The notes under the pieces: model-generated
Told to the model about the DNA's origin: nothing
The model's input: the letters and a program-made list of their open reading frames with translations, nothing else
Databases searched by the model: none
Shown: positions 1 to 12,686 of the stretch, in pieces
Layout: each line of letters starts with the position of its first letter
How positions within the stretch are numbered: position 1 is the first letter of the stretch
DNA from: Priapulus caudatus
Lineage: Eukaryota
NCBI RefSeq assembly: GCF_000485595.1
Contig: NW_014577083.1
Location: forward strand, 517,236 to 543,440
Direction of reading: 5' to 3'
Length of the DNA: 26,205 nucleotides
Program-made: the position numbers and the translations under genes

Positions 1-1
1 T

Positions 2-1540
2 CGAAACTGTGATCTGCTGAAAAGCTCCAGTTGGATAGGAGACATTTTCATCAACGCTTTCAGGAGATTTGAGGTCAAGAAGCTTTGTATGAATAGATGT
101 GATTGACTCTCGTCGGGACTCGTGTGATCTGCGAAAGACTTGCACACAACCGCACTGCAATGGACCATTACGGACGTGCGATGCACGTCGTTTACGCAAG
201 TCTCACTAGCCGGGAAAAACGTAATGATAATTATGTACGGTAATGCCATTTATCAATTTCGAGCGAGTACATGCTTTAATAAAAATAAAAACGGGAGAAA
301 AAATCATTTTACAAAGCAAAACGCATAACGCATGTAGTTTGGGCACTCGTACACGAGATATATGTAGTAGGTTAAAATATGAAGTTTTGCGTGCATAAGT
401 TATACGACTCCAGCATGCTGATGCTATTCTATGTTGAGTTCATGCAAACTGCACTATCGCGGGAAGTAATTAACGTTTGAAAACATGGCGCTCTTCTTTA
501 GTAACCTATAATGTGATCAACGGCTCTCTTTGAAATGAGATTATACACATACCAATTAATTTAGAATAATTTAATTTACGAATATAACTGTTTGAACATC
601 CGATTTGTGATATAGGCGGATGCAGGCTACCGCTTTACTATAATTTATAAGTAATGTAGTTAATTAACAGGCAGCGATACAGTAAGACCAGTAAGCAATA
701 CTGTCCTGACTTTTTCAAGGCCCAGTGTGTGTGTAGTTTCAAGCCCACACAGTGCACAGCTGCAGTGTGGCCAGTGTGCCAGTAATTGTGGCGCAGGTGT
801 ATCTTAAGCTGGCAAAGCACGTGAATAGGTTGACAAGTATATTGCATGTTACTGGCTAATAATATCATGACAGCGATCCAGTTTAGTAAATGACATTCAC
901 AGGCTCATAATGATACACCGTAATTAAGGAAATATAGCATATCCGTGAGTATATACGCTCTCATGTATTACCGGTTTAACAAAATAAACGCCAACTAATT
1001 AGACGTTTCTATTGTCTTCTCTGCAGGCCATGCCCCTCAAATGGAAGTCTACGTGTGCTGAGCAGTGCAACTTATGAATGACAAAACAGTCAAAAACATA
1101 AAATAATACCTTGTGTGCAGTTGTGCACGGTTCCACAACACATGCGCGTACATGACTACATACGCCACGCGCGACGGACGCACACACGCACACACACGGC
1201 ACGCACAACACACAACTGCGCGTACATATCACATACGCACGCCGCACACGCACTACCCCACACAAGGCACAGCAACACACGCACAACAACGCGCCCCCCG
1301 CGCACGCAAAAAAGAACGCACGGCACTCACGCACGCAACGCAACGCACACAACAACACGCGCACCACGCGCACTTGACTTCACAACACACTCTGCTCTCA
1401 CACACACACATGCAGCACGCACGCACGCACACCACATACACACAAACAGCAGGCACGCACGCACGCACGCACGCGGCGCGGCGTCACGCACACGCACACA
1501 CCACACACACACACTCATTACTACGCACAACCACAACGCA
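2..1540 (-). repeat. Inverted duplicate of 8073-9558 (insertion-rich copy); probably continues beyond the left window edge
   Basis: Continuous base-level match, e.g. 'aggagacattttcatcaacgctttcaggagatttga' near 37-72 is the reverse complement of ~9489-9524. Position 2 pairs with 9558 and gtgcac at 1123-1128 pairs with 8482-8487. The unique part is ~1127 bp versus ~1077 bp, and the excess is mostly single-base insertions. Confidence 0.95.
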
Positions 1541-2347
1541 CACTGCACTCACAGACACACCCTCTCACGACCACACACACACAGTCCACACACATAACAC
1601 ACACACATACACACACACCACAGAGAGACAACACATCACACACACACACACACAGAGAGAGACACACACAGACACACATCAGACACACACACGCAAGCAC
1701 CACTTCACGAAGGGTAGGGAATCGGCGGCGGAGAGGGAGCGGAGTGAAAAGTGGAGTAGTGGGACGCGGGACACCCTCACACACACTTCACACAAGCACA
1801 CACACACACACACACATCACACACAGCAGAGTACACACACAGACACACACAGACACACACACGCACCACTCACTGTACAACACCCTCACACAGCACAACA
1901 GACACACACACACACACACCACACATGCCCACACACGCACACACAGCACCCTCACACAACACACACAATCAATGCACACACACCGCACACACACCACACA
2001 ACGACACGCACACACACACCACCACCTCACACACAACACACACCACGACACACAACACACACCGCACGTCACAGCACCACATCACATACACACCACACAC
2101 ACACCCACACACAGAGACACACACTAGACACAACACACACACACACAAGCCCGCACACTCACTTACAACAACCCTCACACACACTCACCACACACACACA
2201 ACACACACAGCACACACACACAGAGACACACCCACAGACACACAACAGACCACACCGCACACTCACTTACACACCACCCTCACACACCAGCACACACACA
2301 CACCACACACACAGCACACACATCAACCGCACAGCGACAACACACCA

Positions 2348-2389
<42 letters not shown>

Positions 2390-2541
2390 ACACACTAGCA
2401 TCACACACACACACCACACACAGCACACACACACCACACGACACAGATGCCACACACAGACAACCGAACACACACACACACAGCCACGCACACACACAAA
2501 CACACACAACACACAACCACGACGCACACGACTACACCCCT
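1140..2541 (+). repeat. Degenerate (CA)n/(CACG)n microsatellite tract
   Basis: Alternating C/A run with many irregularities, interrupted by a G-rich island at ~1710-1772. It is the source of the His/Thr-rich and Cys/Val-rich ORFs. Confidence 0.95.
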
Positions 2542-2566
2542 NNNNNNNNNNNNNNNNNNNNNNNNN
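2542..2566. other. Assembly gap (25 N)
   Basis: Run of 25 n characters. Confidence 0.99.
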
Positions 2567-3341
2567 GTATAGTATACTAATATATATAGTAAAAAAAAAT
2601 ATATATAAAAATTTATTCTGTACATATGATACTCCTGCATATGCATGCCACTATCGGCATGAATTTTCAGTAAATATATTATTGAAGCTAGTAAATATGT
2701 AATTAACATGACGTAACATAATCGTACAGCAGAACCGTATGAACGTCTTCGCGTATATTAAACTGAGCACATGCTCTAGACAATTCGAGCAAAAATAGCA
2801 ACGCCGTCAATTTTTTCCACATTAAATTTAACACGCAGAGAAAACAATTATATACGTCAACTGACCGGCTACGGATACATGGGAAGCGGATTTTATTGCC
2901 AAATAAGATTCACACCGAATCAAATCTATGCGGGTTTTTTGCGCGTACGACTATGGTTGTGCCTTCCACGTATAGCGCTTACGCTACCTTCATCGGTTAA
3001 ATACGCTTCGCCCTGTTCAGTAGGTAGCCATGTCGATACCGACTGCGAGTATTTTTCTTAGTATACCAACCAAATAAGCAACCGGCTTGCACGTTCTACG
3101 GGGACGGGGTTGCTCAATGCCTGTATAAGGATGCATGTGTGCGCGGCGAGTTTCTACCTCCAACAAGTTAAACAGAACAGATTAGGGACAATAAGCGAGT
3201 AAACAGGCAACAATCTGACTTCGCAGGCAGCCGGCGGGTTGCTTCCCGCTAATGTGCAGAATGGTTCTATATCGTCCGCCGACCCCGAGGCCCGGTACGA
3301 GCCTGCCGACGCTATATGACATCCAGCTAACCACGCCCTGT

Positions 3342-4125
3342 CACACACACACCACACACACACACAACACACACACACACACACACATACACCACAACAC
3401 ACACGCACACAGCCACACGGTTGCACTACGGCGTTTCAGCGACGGGGCACACGGCGGCACATCGGCATCACACGCCACCAACACGCACCAGCACAGCCAC
3501 ACCATGCTACCAGGGCACGCCACACGCACACACGCACACGCACGATCGCACACTCCAGGCCAGCGACCGCACGACGGCCCAGCACGCGCACGCCACGTGG
3601 CACACACCACACACACCACACACACACCACATGTCTCGTCACACACACTACTGCACCACCACACACACACACACATACGACACACAGATACAGCGTCATC
3701 ACACAGCACCACAGCACACGATCACATACAACACTAGCACACATACAGCACATCACCACACTCACGACACTACACACCACAACACACACTACGACCGCGT
3801 TCGGCGCGCCCACACACACACACACGATGCACACATCCCACAGCGGCACACGGACGCACAACGCACGACGCACAACGCACACACACAGCACACCACACAC
3901 AGCAACACGCACACAGCTCAGTCACCACCACACCACCACACATACACACACCACGACAACATTACATACATACATGACAAACAAACGAAATAACAAACCA
4001 AACACACACACAAACATACATACAGACATACACACGCGCCGCGGTGCGAACACACACACACACACACAGCACACACAGCACGGCACACAAACCCAAACAA
4101 CAACAAACAAAACACACACAGCATA
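3342..4125 (+). repeat. Degenerate (CA)n microsatellite
   Basis: C/A alternation with frequent indel-like irregularities. Confidence 0.9.
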
Positions 4126-5003
4126 AACGATCTCTATCATACATATGATTACATACACTTACATACGATCATATCATAGCATACATACATACATACATAC
4201 ATGACATACATACATACATACACCTACGATACATACCATACATCACATACATACACTTACTATACATACAGACATATCATACATACATAGCATACATCAC
4301 AGTACATTACATACATAATACGATACATACATAGCATACATACATACATACATGACCACTATACATACCATAATACATACATACGTACATACAGTACAGA
4401 GATACATACATACAGTCATACATACATACATACATACATTATCATATCATTACATACTACATACATACTACATACATTACATACATACATACAACAACAT
4501 ACAGTACATACATGACATAACAATACATAGCATATCAGTACATACATTACATAGGCATACATACATACATACATACATACATACAATACGATACATATCA
4601 TACCATACATACAGTATACACGCTGACATACACTAATACATACGGCATCATTACCATCAATAACTGACATTCATCATACATAGCTATGACGTTATTACAT
4701 CATCTATACATACGCATACCACTACATAACCCCTACACTCCAGCTACATAGTACAGTAACATAGCAGTACAGGTACAGACGATAACATAAGTACATAGCA
4801 TACTATCAGTACATTAGCTACAGTACATACATATCATACTAACAGCATACATACATATCATACGTACATAGCAGTACATACCATACATGACATCCATGAC
4901 ACTATCAGTACATACATACATACATACATACATACTACATACACGCGACGCACGCACGCCTGCACACACACAGTACACAATACATCACACCACTCACACA
5001 CCA
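4126..5003 (+). repeat. Degenerate (TACA)n tetranucleotide tract ending in a short (CA)/(CACG) segment
   Basis: Repeated catacatacat units from ~4138 to ~4940, then a CA-rich tail. Confidence 0.9.
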
Positions 5004-8000
5004 CGTCCTGCGCGGTGCACGGGCATGGCGACGCGTGCAGACGCGCGCGGTAGCGGGGACGCCCGACCCTTAGTAGCACCGGGGCGCGATCATCTCCGCC
5101 CGCCACGACATACAGATCATGTCGCATCACCTACCTGTCGCGATCCGACCCCACGCCCGGTGGACAAGGTGTCGGCAGCGAGATCGCGGCGCGCTCTGCA
5201 CACGCGCTCTGCCACCGTCTTCGTCTATCCCGCTACGTGAATTGCGCGATGGCGGGGTATTCCAGGCTTTTTCGCACCCCGCTTCTAAGACAGCGCCGGC
5301 TGCTGGTGCGCTCGCCCTAGGCCAGCGCACGATCACGGTCTAGCCATTCTCCCGCCTACACTTTCCACCGGCGACTGTATACGAGCCGCGCTGCGGCAGC
5401 CCCCTTGTAAAGCCTTCTCGTCAAAGCCTACACTGGACAGACTTAACACCAGCCTGCGCTTTACCGCATTTTTCTCCTTATAGATTTCACTACTCGCTGA
5501 TAAGATTAGGCAACGTTTATTGAAACCAATGCGATATTTCGTTCCTTCATTTCGCCGCCTAATAACGGACCTAAAAGGACCATCGCCGGTCAAATTTAGT
5601 TTGCATGTTATGTCCCAGGTTCAGTATTTGGAACGGATTTTTTCTTTCTGTTAAGTACAAACACCATTCTTCGCTGTATTGATTGGGAAACAAAGCTGGC
5701 GCGCACACGCGCAGGCAGGCGTTATATTATAGGCATGCTGGCAACACACTCGTCTCATCTGTCAGTCGTGATTTCTGGGCTCTTCAGCATCGATTCTTCT
5801 ATGCTGCCACGGTGCGAATTTTGGTTTGTCTCCGCACAAAGCCCGTGCCTCGTGCATTCAAACACCAGGAAACTCAACTGAATTGTCTCATAAGTTCGTC
5901 CTCAAATACACAGCTCCGCGTCTTTCACTCGGGCGTCCCACAAAAGACTCTCGCCGTAATAGGAAGACGCCAGTAATAGCTTTGGACATGATTATCCAGC
6001 AAAACGCTGGAAATGCACCACAAATAGAATTGAACGGTTGAGCATATATACGCGATTACAATCGGGGATACTGTGACCGATAGATAAGGTGATCGGTATA
6101 AATGATCCTGCACTAGTCTAGGAGTGAGCTCCACGTTGTGTGAATGCCTAGATTGTTTAGGTAAAGTGTGGACGGATTCGCGGACCCAGTGCCCGCAAAA
6201 CAAAATTCTATCTCCCCGAAATGCGGTGTATTCCGCGTTTCAATGTTTATATTATTTTATTTTATTTGAAATTGTAAACGAGCTAAATCTCAATTATTTA
6301 TAGACAGTGTACGCGATAAAAAAGGAATATATTATTAGACGGATATATATAGGAGCCACAGTGTTTCATATTATTCCCTAGATGGAATTAATAAGGGATG
6401 GATTATAAGTTGTTGTTTTTCATCTCAAGATAATCCATTAAAAAGAAATGTGTGCAGTTGTGATGACATCTCCATGGATATTCACATATCACGAAATTAT
6501 TTTTGCATGAATATTTTATCACGCGTTTATGAAGTTATTTCAGTGCAGCATAGGTTGCTGTGCATTTAAGGGGGTTTGATGTGCGTTTTAATTCAAATTG
6601 CATTTTCTCCAACCCCACTCATTTTCGTCAGCAACCTAATCACATGTACACGCCGAGTCTTGTCATGCTGGTCGGCTCACAGAAGATACACGGTGAATGC
6701 AATCGCAGGAAATTGCAATGAATTAAACCGTATATATTGAACGCGTGGTCGCATCGGCCGTGTAGTGGGTGTGAGTGTCTGTGCATGTATGTGTGCGTGA
6801 GGCTCTCTATACATGTGTATATATATGCGGCTTTTGTGATTGGTACGAGTGCTGTATGTGCGGTCATAGTCAGCTGTTTCAGCCGCCACCTCGTAGCGTC
6901 GTTGTCACCGGGCATGAACGTTAAAACTCAGTGCTGAACTCGCTGCAGTTTTCACTCGCAAAGCTGCTTAGCTCACAATGGCGCTGTGATAAGAAGTTGC
7001 GAGCGCGGCTTTGGAAACAGGTTGGCAAGCCGGCTTGGCAGGCCTACGCTCGCGGCCGCTTGCTGCACCGCTTGCTGTTACACTACGTGGATCTCACACA
7101 GCAATGGAATTTCAGGGCCGAATTTCAGGCCAATATCGATGATGCTACTAGGAAGATTTAAGCATAGAAATTAACTATAAGTATATGGCTCTGTTTTTGT
7201 TATTTAAATTTTAAATGAAAAAATAGTATTTAAAATTATTTGTTTTTAATGTAAACATAAATCAAACTTAAATAGATATGGTCGTTCCAGTAACTATGCT
7301 TCTTATATGCCACAGATTCATTTTGATTCATGTTATATTTATAAACTTCTGACAGTCTTCTGACTTGCTAGTGACAAATGGGGGAATAAAACATGTAACA
7401 TCAAATTATCTATAACAGATCCATATATATTACATATTACATCCAACGTATTGTAGTTCTAAAATTATATAATAATTAAATTATATATATATTTATACAT
7501 ATATATATATATAAATAAATATATATATATATTACTCCATACTAGGAAAATACACTAATACATATAGCTAGGTCTTTGTATAACTCCTGATAACCATCAA
7601 ATATAACAACTTTAAAAAATAAATTATGTGTATCGCATATAAATTATAGCATAGGTGTCATCTTCTGTAATATCTGATCACGAGAAAAAATATTACACGT
7701 TGAAAAAATTATCTTGCTGTTCATGGCATGACAGTAGGTCATTAATAGCCATGAACAACAGGGCGATATTATTACAAGTAGTGTATTGTGTAGCTGCAAT
7801 ATATGTCAGTAATATGCAGAAAATTATGTTAAAGACCATAATATAGATATGTATATGATGAAAATCAAAAATAGATGTGGTGCGTTTACAAAAATTGCTA
7901 TAACTATTGTGGTGATTAAATAAACATTTTATTGATTTTAGTGTTTGCATTATGAAATGCCACATGCCCGGTAAGCTGTTGCTACACTCTATTTGAATGT

Positions 8001-8062
8001 TAATATTATATATATATCAAAATCAAAAGTACATAATAGAGATTGTATGTTTCTATTATGTA

Positions 8063-8072
8063 NNNNNNNNNN
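8063..8072. other. Assembly gap (10 N)
   Basis: Run of 10 n characters. Confidence 0.99.
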
Positions 8073-8282
8073 GTGTCGTGTGTGTGCGTGTATGTTAGTC
8101 GTGTGTGTCGTGTGTGTGTGTGTGTGTGTTGCGCGTGTCGTGTGCGTGCGCGCGCGTGTAGCGTGCGTGCGTGCGTGCGTGCGTGTGTGTGTATAGTGTG
8201 TGTGTGCGTGCGTGCGTGCGTGTGTGTGTGTGTGAGAGAGAGTGTGTGTGCGTAAGTGTGCGTGCGTGCGCGTGTGTGTGTG

Positions 8283-8313
<31 letters not shown>

Positions 8314-8487
8314 ATGTGCGTGCGTGCGTGCGCGGGCGCGTGTGCGTGTGTGTGCGTGTGTGTGTGTGTGTGTGCGTGTGCGCGTGCGTATGTGTATGTA
8401 CGCGCATGTGTGTGTGCGTGCGTGTGTGTGCGTGTGTGCGTGTGCGCGTGCGTATGTGTATGTACGCGCATGTGTGTGTGCGTGCAC
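8073..8487 (+). repeat. Compound (TG)n/(TGCG)n microsatellite with an internal 64-bp-period duplication
   Basis: Alternating purine-pyrimidine tract. 'cgtatgtgtatgtacgcgcatgtgtgtgtgcgtgc' starts at both 8387 and 8451. Confidence 0.95.
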
Positions 8488-10123
8488 ACTGCACACAAGG
8501 GTATTATTTTATGTTTTTGTGTTTTGTCATTCATAAGTGCACTGCTCAGCACACGTAGACTTCCATTTGAATGCCTGCAGAGAAGACAATAGAAACGTCT
8601 AATTAGTTTGGCGTTATTTTGTTACAGCGTAATTTACATGAGCGTATATACTCACGGTATGCCTATATTTCCTTAATTACGGTGTATCATTATGGCTGTG
8701 AATGTTATTTACTAAATGGTCGCTGTCATGATATATAGCAGTAACATGCATATACTTGTCACCTATTCACCGTGCTTTGCCAGCTTAAGATACACTGGCA
8801 CATACTGGCCACACTGGCCACACTGCACTGTGCACTGTGTGGGCTTGAACTATACACACACTGGGCTTGAAAAAGTCAGACAGTATTGCTTACTGGCTTA
8901 CTGTATCGCTGTGTTAATTACTACATTACTATTTAGTAAAGGGTAGCCTAATCTCGCCTTATTAACAAATCGAATTTCCAACAGTTATATTCTAAATTAA
9001 ATTATTCTAAATTAATTGGTATGTGTATATCTCATTCAAAGAGAGCCGTTGATCACATTATAGGTTACTAAAGAAGGCTTGTTTTCCAAGTTAATTACTT
9101 CCCGCGTATGTGCAGCATGCATGAATGAACTCACCAGAATAGCATTCAGGCATGCTGGAGTCGTATAATTATGCACGCAAAACCGCATATTTAACCTACT
9201 ACATATATCTCGTGTACGAGTGCCCAACTACATATAGCGTATGCGTTTTGCTTCGATAAAAATTATTTTTTCTCCGTTTTTATTTTTATAAAGCATGTAC
9301 CGCTCGAAATTGATAAATTGGCATTACCGTAATAATTATCATTACGTTTTTCCCGGCTAGTGGAAGACTTGCGTAACGACGTGATCGCACGTCCGTAATG
9401 CATTGCAGTGCGGTTTGTGTGCAAGTCTTCGCAATCACACGAGTTCCCAGCACGAGAGTAATCACATTATTATACAAAGCTTCTTGGCTCAAATCTCCTG
9501 AAAGCGTTGATGAAAATGTCTCCTAATCCAACTGGCTTTTCACAGATCACAGCTTTCGCTAGTTCGCACGTAAGCTTCTTAGTGCTGTTTTTTAATTAAC
9601 GAAAGTTATTAATTATGAAAAATGCGACGCCGTATAAAATACCAATCAGTTTTTTTTCGCCGGTCTATAGAAATGTGACACATTAGTTGGGAGTATTATT
9701 ATTAGCCTTTCTGTGAAAGCTAGTGGCTGATGACGTAGAAGCAGGACACAACGGCTGCTGGGTAAGATTTCACTGGTATCAGTGGCTGGCACAACCCAAG
9801 CTTTATGTACGGATTGCGAAGAATGGGGCGCTCCGTTTAAGATATGGAATTTTCAATCGCGCATTTGATCGAAAATATGTCGCAGTGTTGTTGCGGAAGA
9901 TTGGTTTCAGTGGAGTTTGCCAATTTATAAGCGTGCGCCCGTATTTCGGATCGCTAGCTCATTGCCTCGTAGTCGTCACTGCTTGGTGCTCATTGTGAAC
10001 AACAAAGCACGCATGTATAGTTGAGCGGCATCAAACTTCTTATCAAAACGTACAAATCCTAGAATTAATTATCATATAGATAATCGGCCATACCCTACGA
10101 TTAAGTCGCTTGTATATCGCTTT

Positions 10124-10125
<2 letters not shown>

Positions 10126-10193
<68 letters not shown>
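10126..10193. repeat. Perfect (AT)n microsatellite (~34 units)
   Basis: Uninterrupted atatat run. Confidence 0.97.
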
Positions 10194-10198
<5 letters not shown>

Positions 10199-10200
10199 CT

Positions 10201-10255
10201 ATATATATCAGGAGTAGATAATATAGGTTCCCTATTATCTACTCCTGATATATAT
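10201..10255. repeat. Perfect 23-bp inverted repeat (hairpin/cruciform) with 9-nt spacer
   Basis: atatatatcaggagtagataata (10201-10223), then taggttccc, then tattatctactcctgatatatat (10233-10255). The two arms are exact reverse complements. Confidence 0.93.
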
Positions 10256-11003
10256 GTATATATTCGGACAGGTCTAGTCGTCCTGATATCCAGAAGAAAG
10301 ATTTTCCCAGTTTTATTAACGCCTCGAGAGCCAGTCTGCACGAAAAAGCGGAGCAAGAGGAATAGGTGTTAGAGAAAAGCACTTCGTTTCATTGCGCGCG
10401 CTAGAGACGGATGTTGTAGCAGCATCCTGCTGTGACGGCGGACGGTCGGCCGGGGCAATCGTACCGCTGTATTTGCAGGTTGTCTAATCTAGCCGGAGCA
10501 CGTTAGCGACTTATGACGTTAAGAATATTTGCCAATTCGCTAATCTTTTAATTAAATTTGCAGACGTCGCCCGCTAATGCTGTCGGCGACGCTCGTCGAA
10601 ACGTGTCATCGCCGACGAGTCGACGACCAGTGTCAACAACGGCTACAGACTGTTCCGTGACCCAAGGCCACTTGTCTGCCTCCATCTCTCCCGCTCTCTT
10701 CCCCCGGCTGCATGCTGGCAACGATGGACGGCGTTGTGATGGTAAATTGCTGCTATTTTACATGCGCACGTTCGTGTTTCGGGGGGGAAGAGCCTATTGA
10801 GATTGCTTATTGGCAATTAAAATCGTCTTTGGCGGCTTTTCGCGGCCGCCCGCATTTGAAACCCGCTAGTGGTCGCTCGTGAGAGAGCGTTATTAGTGGC
10901 CGCGGCTTTCATTCTAAATGAAACCCTGGTCAATACTTGACATTGTCGGAGTCGCCATTTATTGAAAATTACATGTGGAAAATGCTTATCAACGCTCTGT
11001 TCG

Positions 11004-11219
11004 CCGGTGAGATGCTTTTAAGGGGCTGGTGAGACGCTAGTGAAACACCTGCTTTATGCTTGTGAGACACTGCTGAGACGCTTATGAGACGCTTGCGAGA
11101 CGCTGCTGAGACACTTGTGAGACACTGATTAGACGCTTCTTACACGCTGCTGAGACGCTTGTGAGACGCTTGTGAGACGCTGCTGAGACACTTGTGAGAC
11201 GCTGATTAGACGCTTCTTA
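11004..11219 (+). mobile_element. 11-bp tandem array (consensus TTGTGAGACGC) with 77-bp higher-order unit; inner part of a putative non-autonomous DNA transposon arm
   Basis: Units read ttgtgagacac/tgattagacgc/ttcttacacgc/tgctgagacgc/ttgtgagacgc/ttgtgagacgc/tgctgagacac. The array is directly visible; the transposon origin is inferred from the partner array at 18161-18496. Confidence 0.6.
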
Positions 11220-12681
11220 AAAATTTATATAACAAATAATAAAAAAAATTAATGAGAATAAACGATGGTTGTATTGATTTGTTGTGCGTAAGGTTGTAGG
11301 TAATATTTTAGATAGTAGTAGAGAGTCCATAGCTGCCGTTCGGTTACATCTCACGGCACGTTGGCGTATAGCGGTTTATGACGCGCATACTGACCATGCC
11401 TTCCTGCCGTATCACCCCGTCCGCTCACAGCGTGCTCGGGCCCGATGTACAGCTGCTGTCCGCTGTCACCCGCTATTACAATATTCATAGATTGATTTGT
11501 GCGAAGAAATAATTAAAACCGAAAAACGGACGAAACCGAAAAAGCTGGCGGTGGCAGAGCACACACATGCGTGGGTTAGAGAGAGATGGTGGCGGGCTAG
11601 TCGAGAGCGAGCTCGCGTGATCACGGCTGCCACCTGTCTGAGACGGGAGTGTCGGGCACAGGTGCATCACGTATGGCCCACTGTAAGCCGACCTGCCTAT
11701 TTGCTGAATCGGTCGTCTGTTGTAGGTTACTGCTTCGGCAACTGCCGCAATTATGGAATTATTTCTGGGCAATTTTAGAGCGTAATCTGCCGGTCGTTCG
11801 ACGGTGTCCGCTCTCACCGCACTTACTGTTTAACGACGCAGAGGAAGTCTTATTTCTCCGGGCTGTTCCTAAGTAACTATACAGTGAAATATGGTCGTTA
11901 CGATTCTTAAATTATTTTTTTTGGTGGGGGGCATTTTAGCTCTCCCGTAGCAGGCATCGCAGAGCTCGATTCTCACCTTGTAATATATCGTGAAAACGCT
12001 AGCGTGAGTTCATGTTACAAATTGCTGAGGTGTAAGTGTGTCTATTGCTCTACATGTGTACACACGTTATACAGTATGCATACATGCACGCGTTCTGTTG
12101 GTTCACCGCAAGCATTTCTATTTCGTTTGCTGTTTGTCATATTTAAAAGTTTATACGTTTTGTTTCTGTAAACATATATGTATATCATACATATATCATA
12201 TGTATGTATATGATCATATTACTTTGCGATGGCTCATACTAATTGCTCTGACATTATCATGAGAATAATAACAATTTATGAACGTCCATGATTAAGAAAT
12301 GAAGCCTAAAGCCCAGTAGGAAATGACAGGCGTACATTTACATATGGCTGCGTGACCACGCTTCGATGCGCAATAAAAGCCAAGAATTTAAATTTAAAGT
12401 TTATTAAAGCGGATGTGCGAGAATAGCTAATGAAAAAAGCACAACTGATGGAAGTTATTGCTTACAACATGTCTGCCTGCTATAGGCGATGTAGTAATAT
12501 ATTTATAATATGAAGTAAGATAATAAGTATGAAGTGTCTGACGCAATGCTCACTACGGTTCACGTTCGCAGAGAATATGTAATTTATAGCAACGATTGTT
12601 TCACCAACTAAAATATCAAAAATAATATTTACGAAAATTATGCCGATAGTGGCATGCATATGCAGAGATCAATACAGAATA

Positions 12682-12686
<5 letters not shown>

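Larger units (their letters stand above)
2597..8000 (-). repeat. Highly degraded inverted copy of ~8700-12697
   Basis: Chain of collinear reverse-complement anchors: 2635-2660 = rc(12640-12665), 26/26 exact; 5163-5231 ~ rc(11573-11638); 5830-5839 ~ rc(10943-10951); 6807-6818 ~ rc(10009-10020); 7020-7031 ~ rc(9784-9796); ~7382-7410 ~ rc(~9331-9354); ~7573-7600 ~ rc(~9049-9074). Similarity between anchors is poor. Confidence 0.7.

Noticed and set aside
1710..1772. G-rich island (cggagagggagcggagtgaaaagtggagtagt) loosely resembling the PacBio SMRTbell adapter segment CGGAGGAGGAGGAAAAGAGAGAGAT
   Set aside because: The match needs many insertions. Both flanks are CA-strand, whereas an unsplit adapter should flip CA to TG.
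1113..2702. 529-aa His/Thr-rich ORF and all similar HT, CV, YIHT, MYVC, MDGW, LYLY and RDRD ORFs across the window
   Set aside because: These are translations of (CA)n, (TACA)n, (GGAT)n and (CTATCT)n repeats that lack stop codons. Several cross N-gaps, and none has domain-like sequence.
5333..7174. Short ORFs and a good-looking splice acceptor (ttttctccttatag, ~5483)
   Set aside because: No recognisable protein, and the region appears to be a degraded mirror of 9600-11400, so its frames are unreliable.
9470..9595. Minus-strand peptide LAKAVICEKPVGL resembling the CEKP motif of Gfo/Idh/MocA oxidoreductases
   Set aside because: Only 41 codons lie between stops, there is no convincing splice acceptor, and the downstream residues do not fit the family. 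Likely chance.
11004..11219. CRISPR-like appearance of the GAGACGC arrays (also 18161-18478)
   Set aside because: The units are contiguous 11-mers without unique spacers, the context is eukaryotic, and there are no cas genes.
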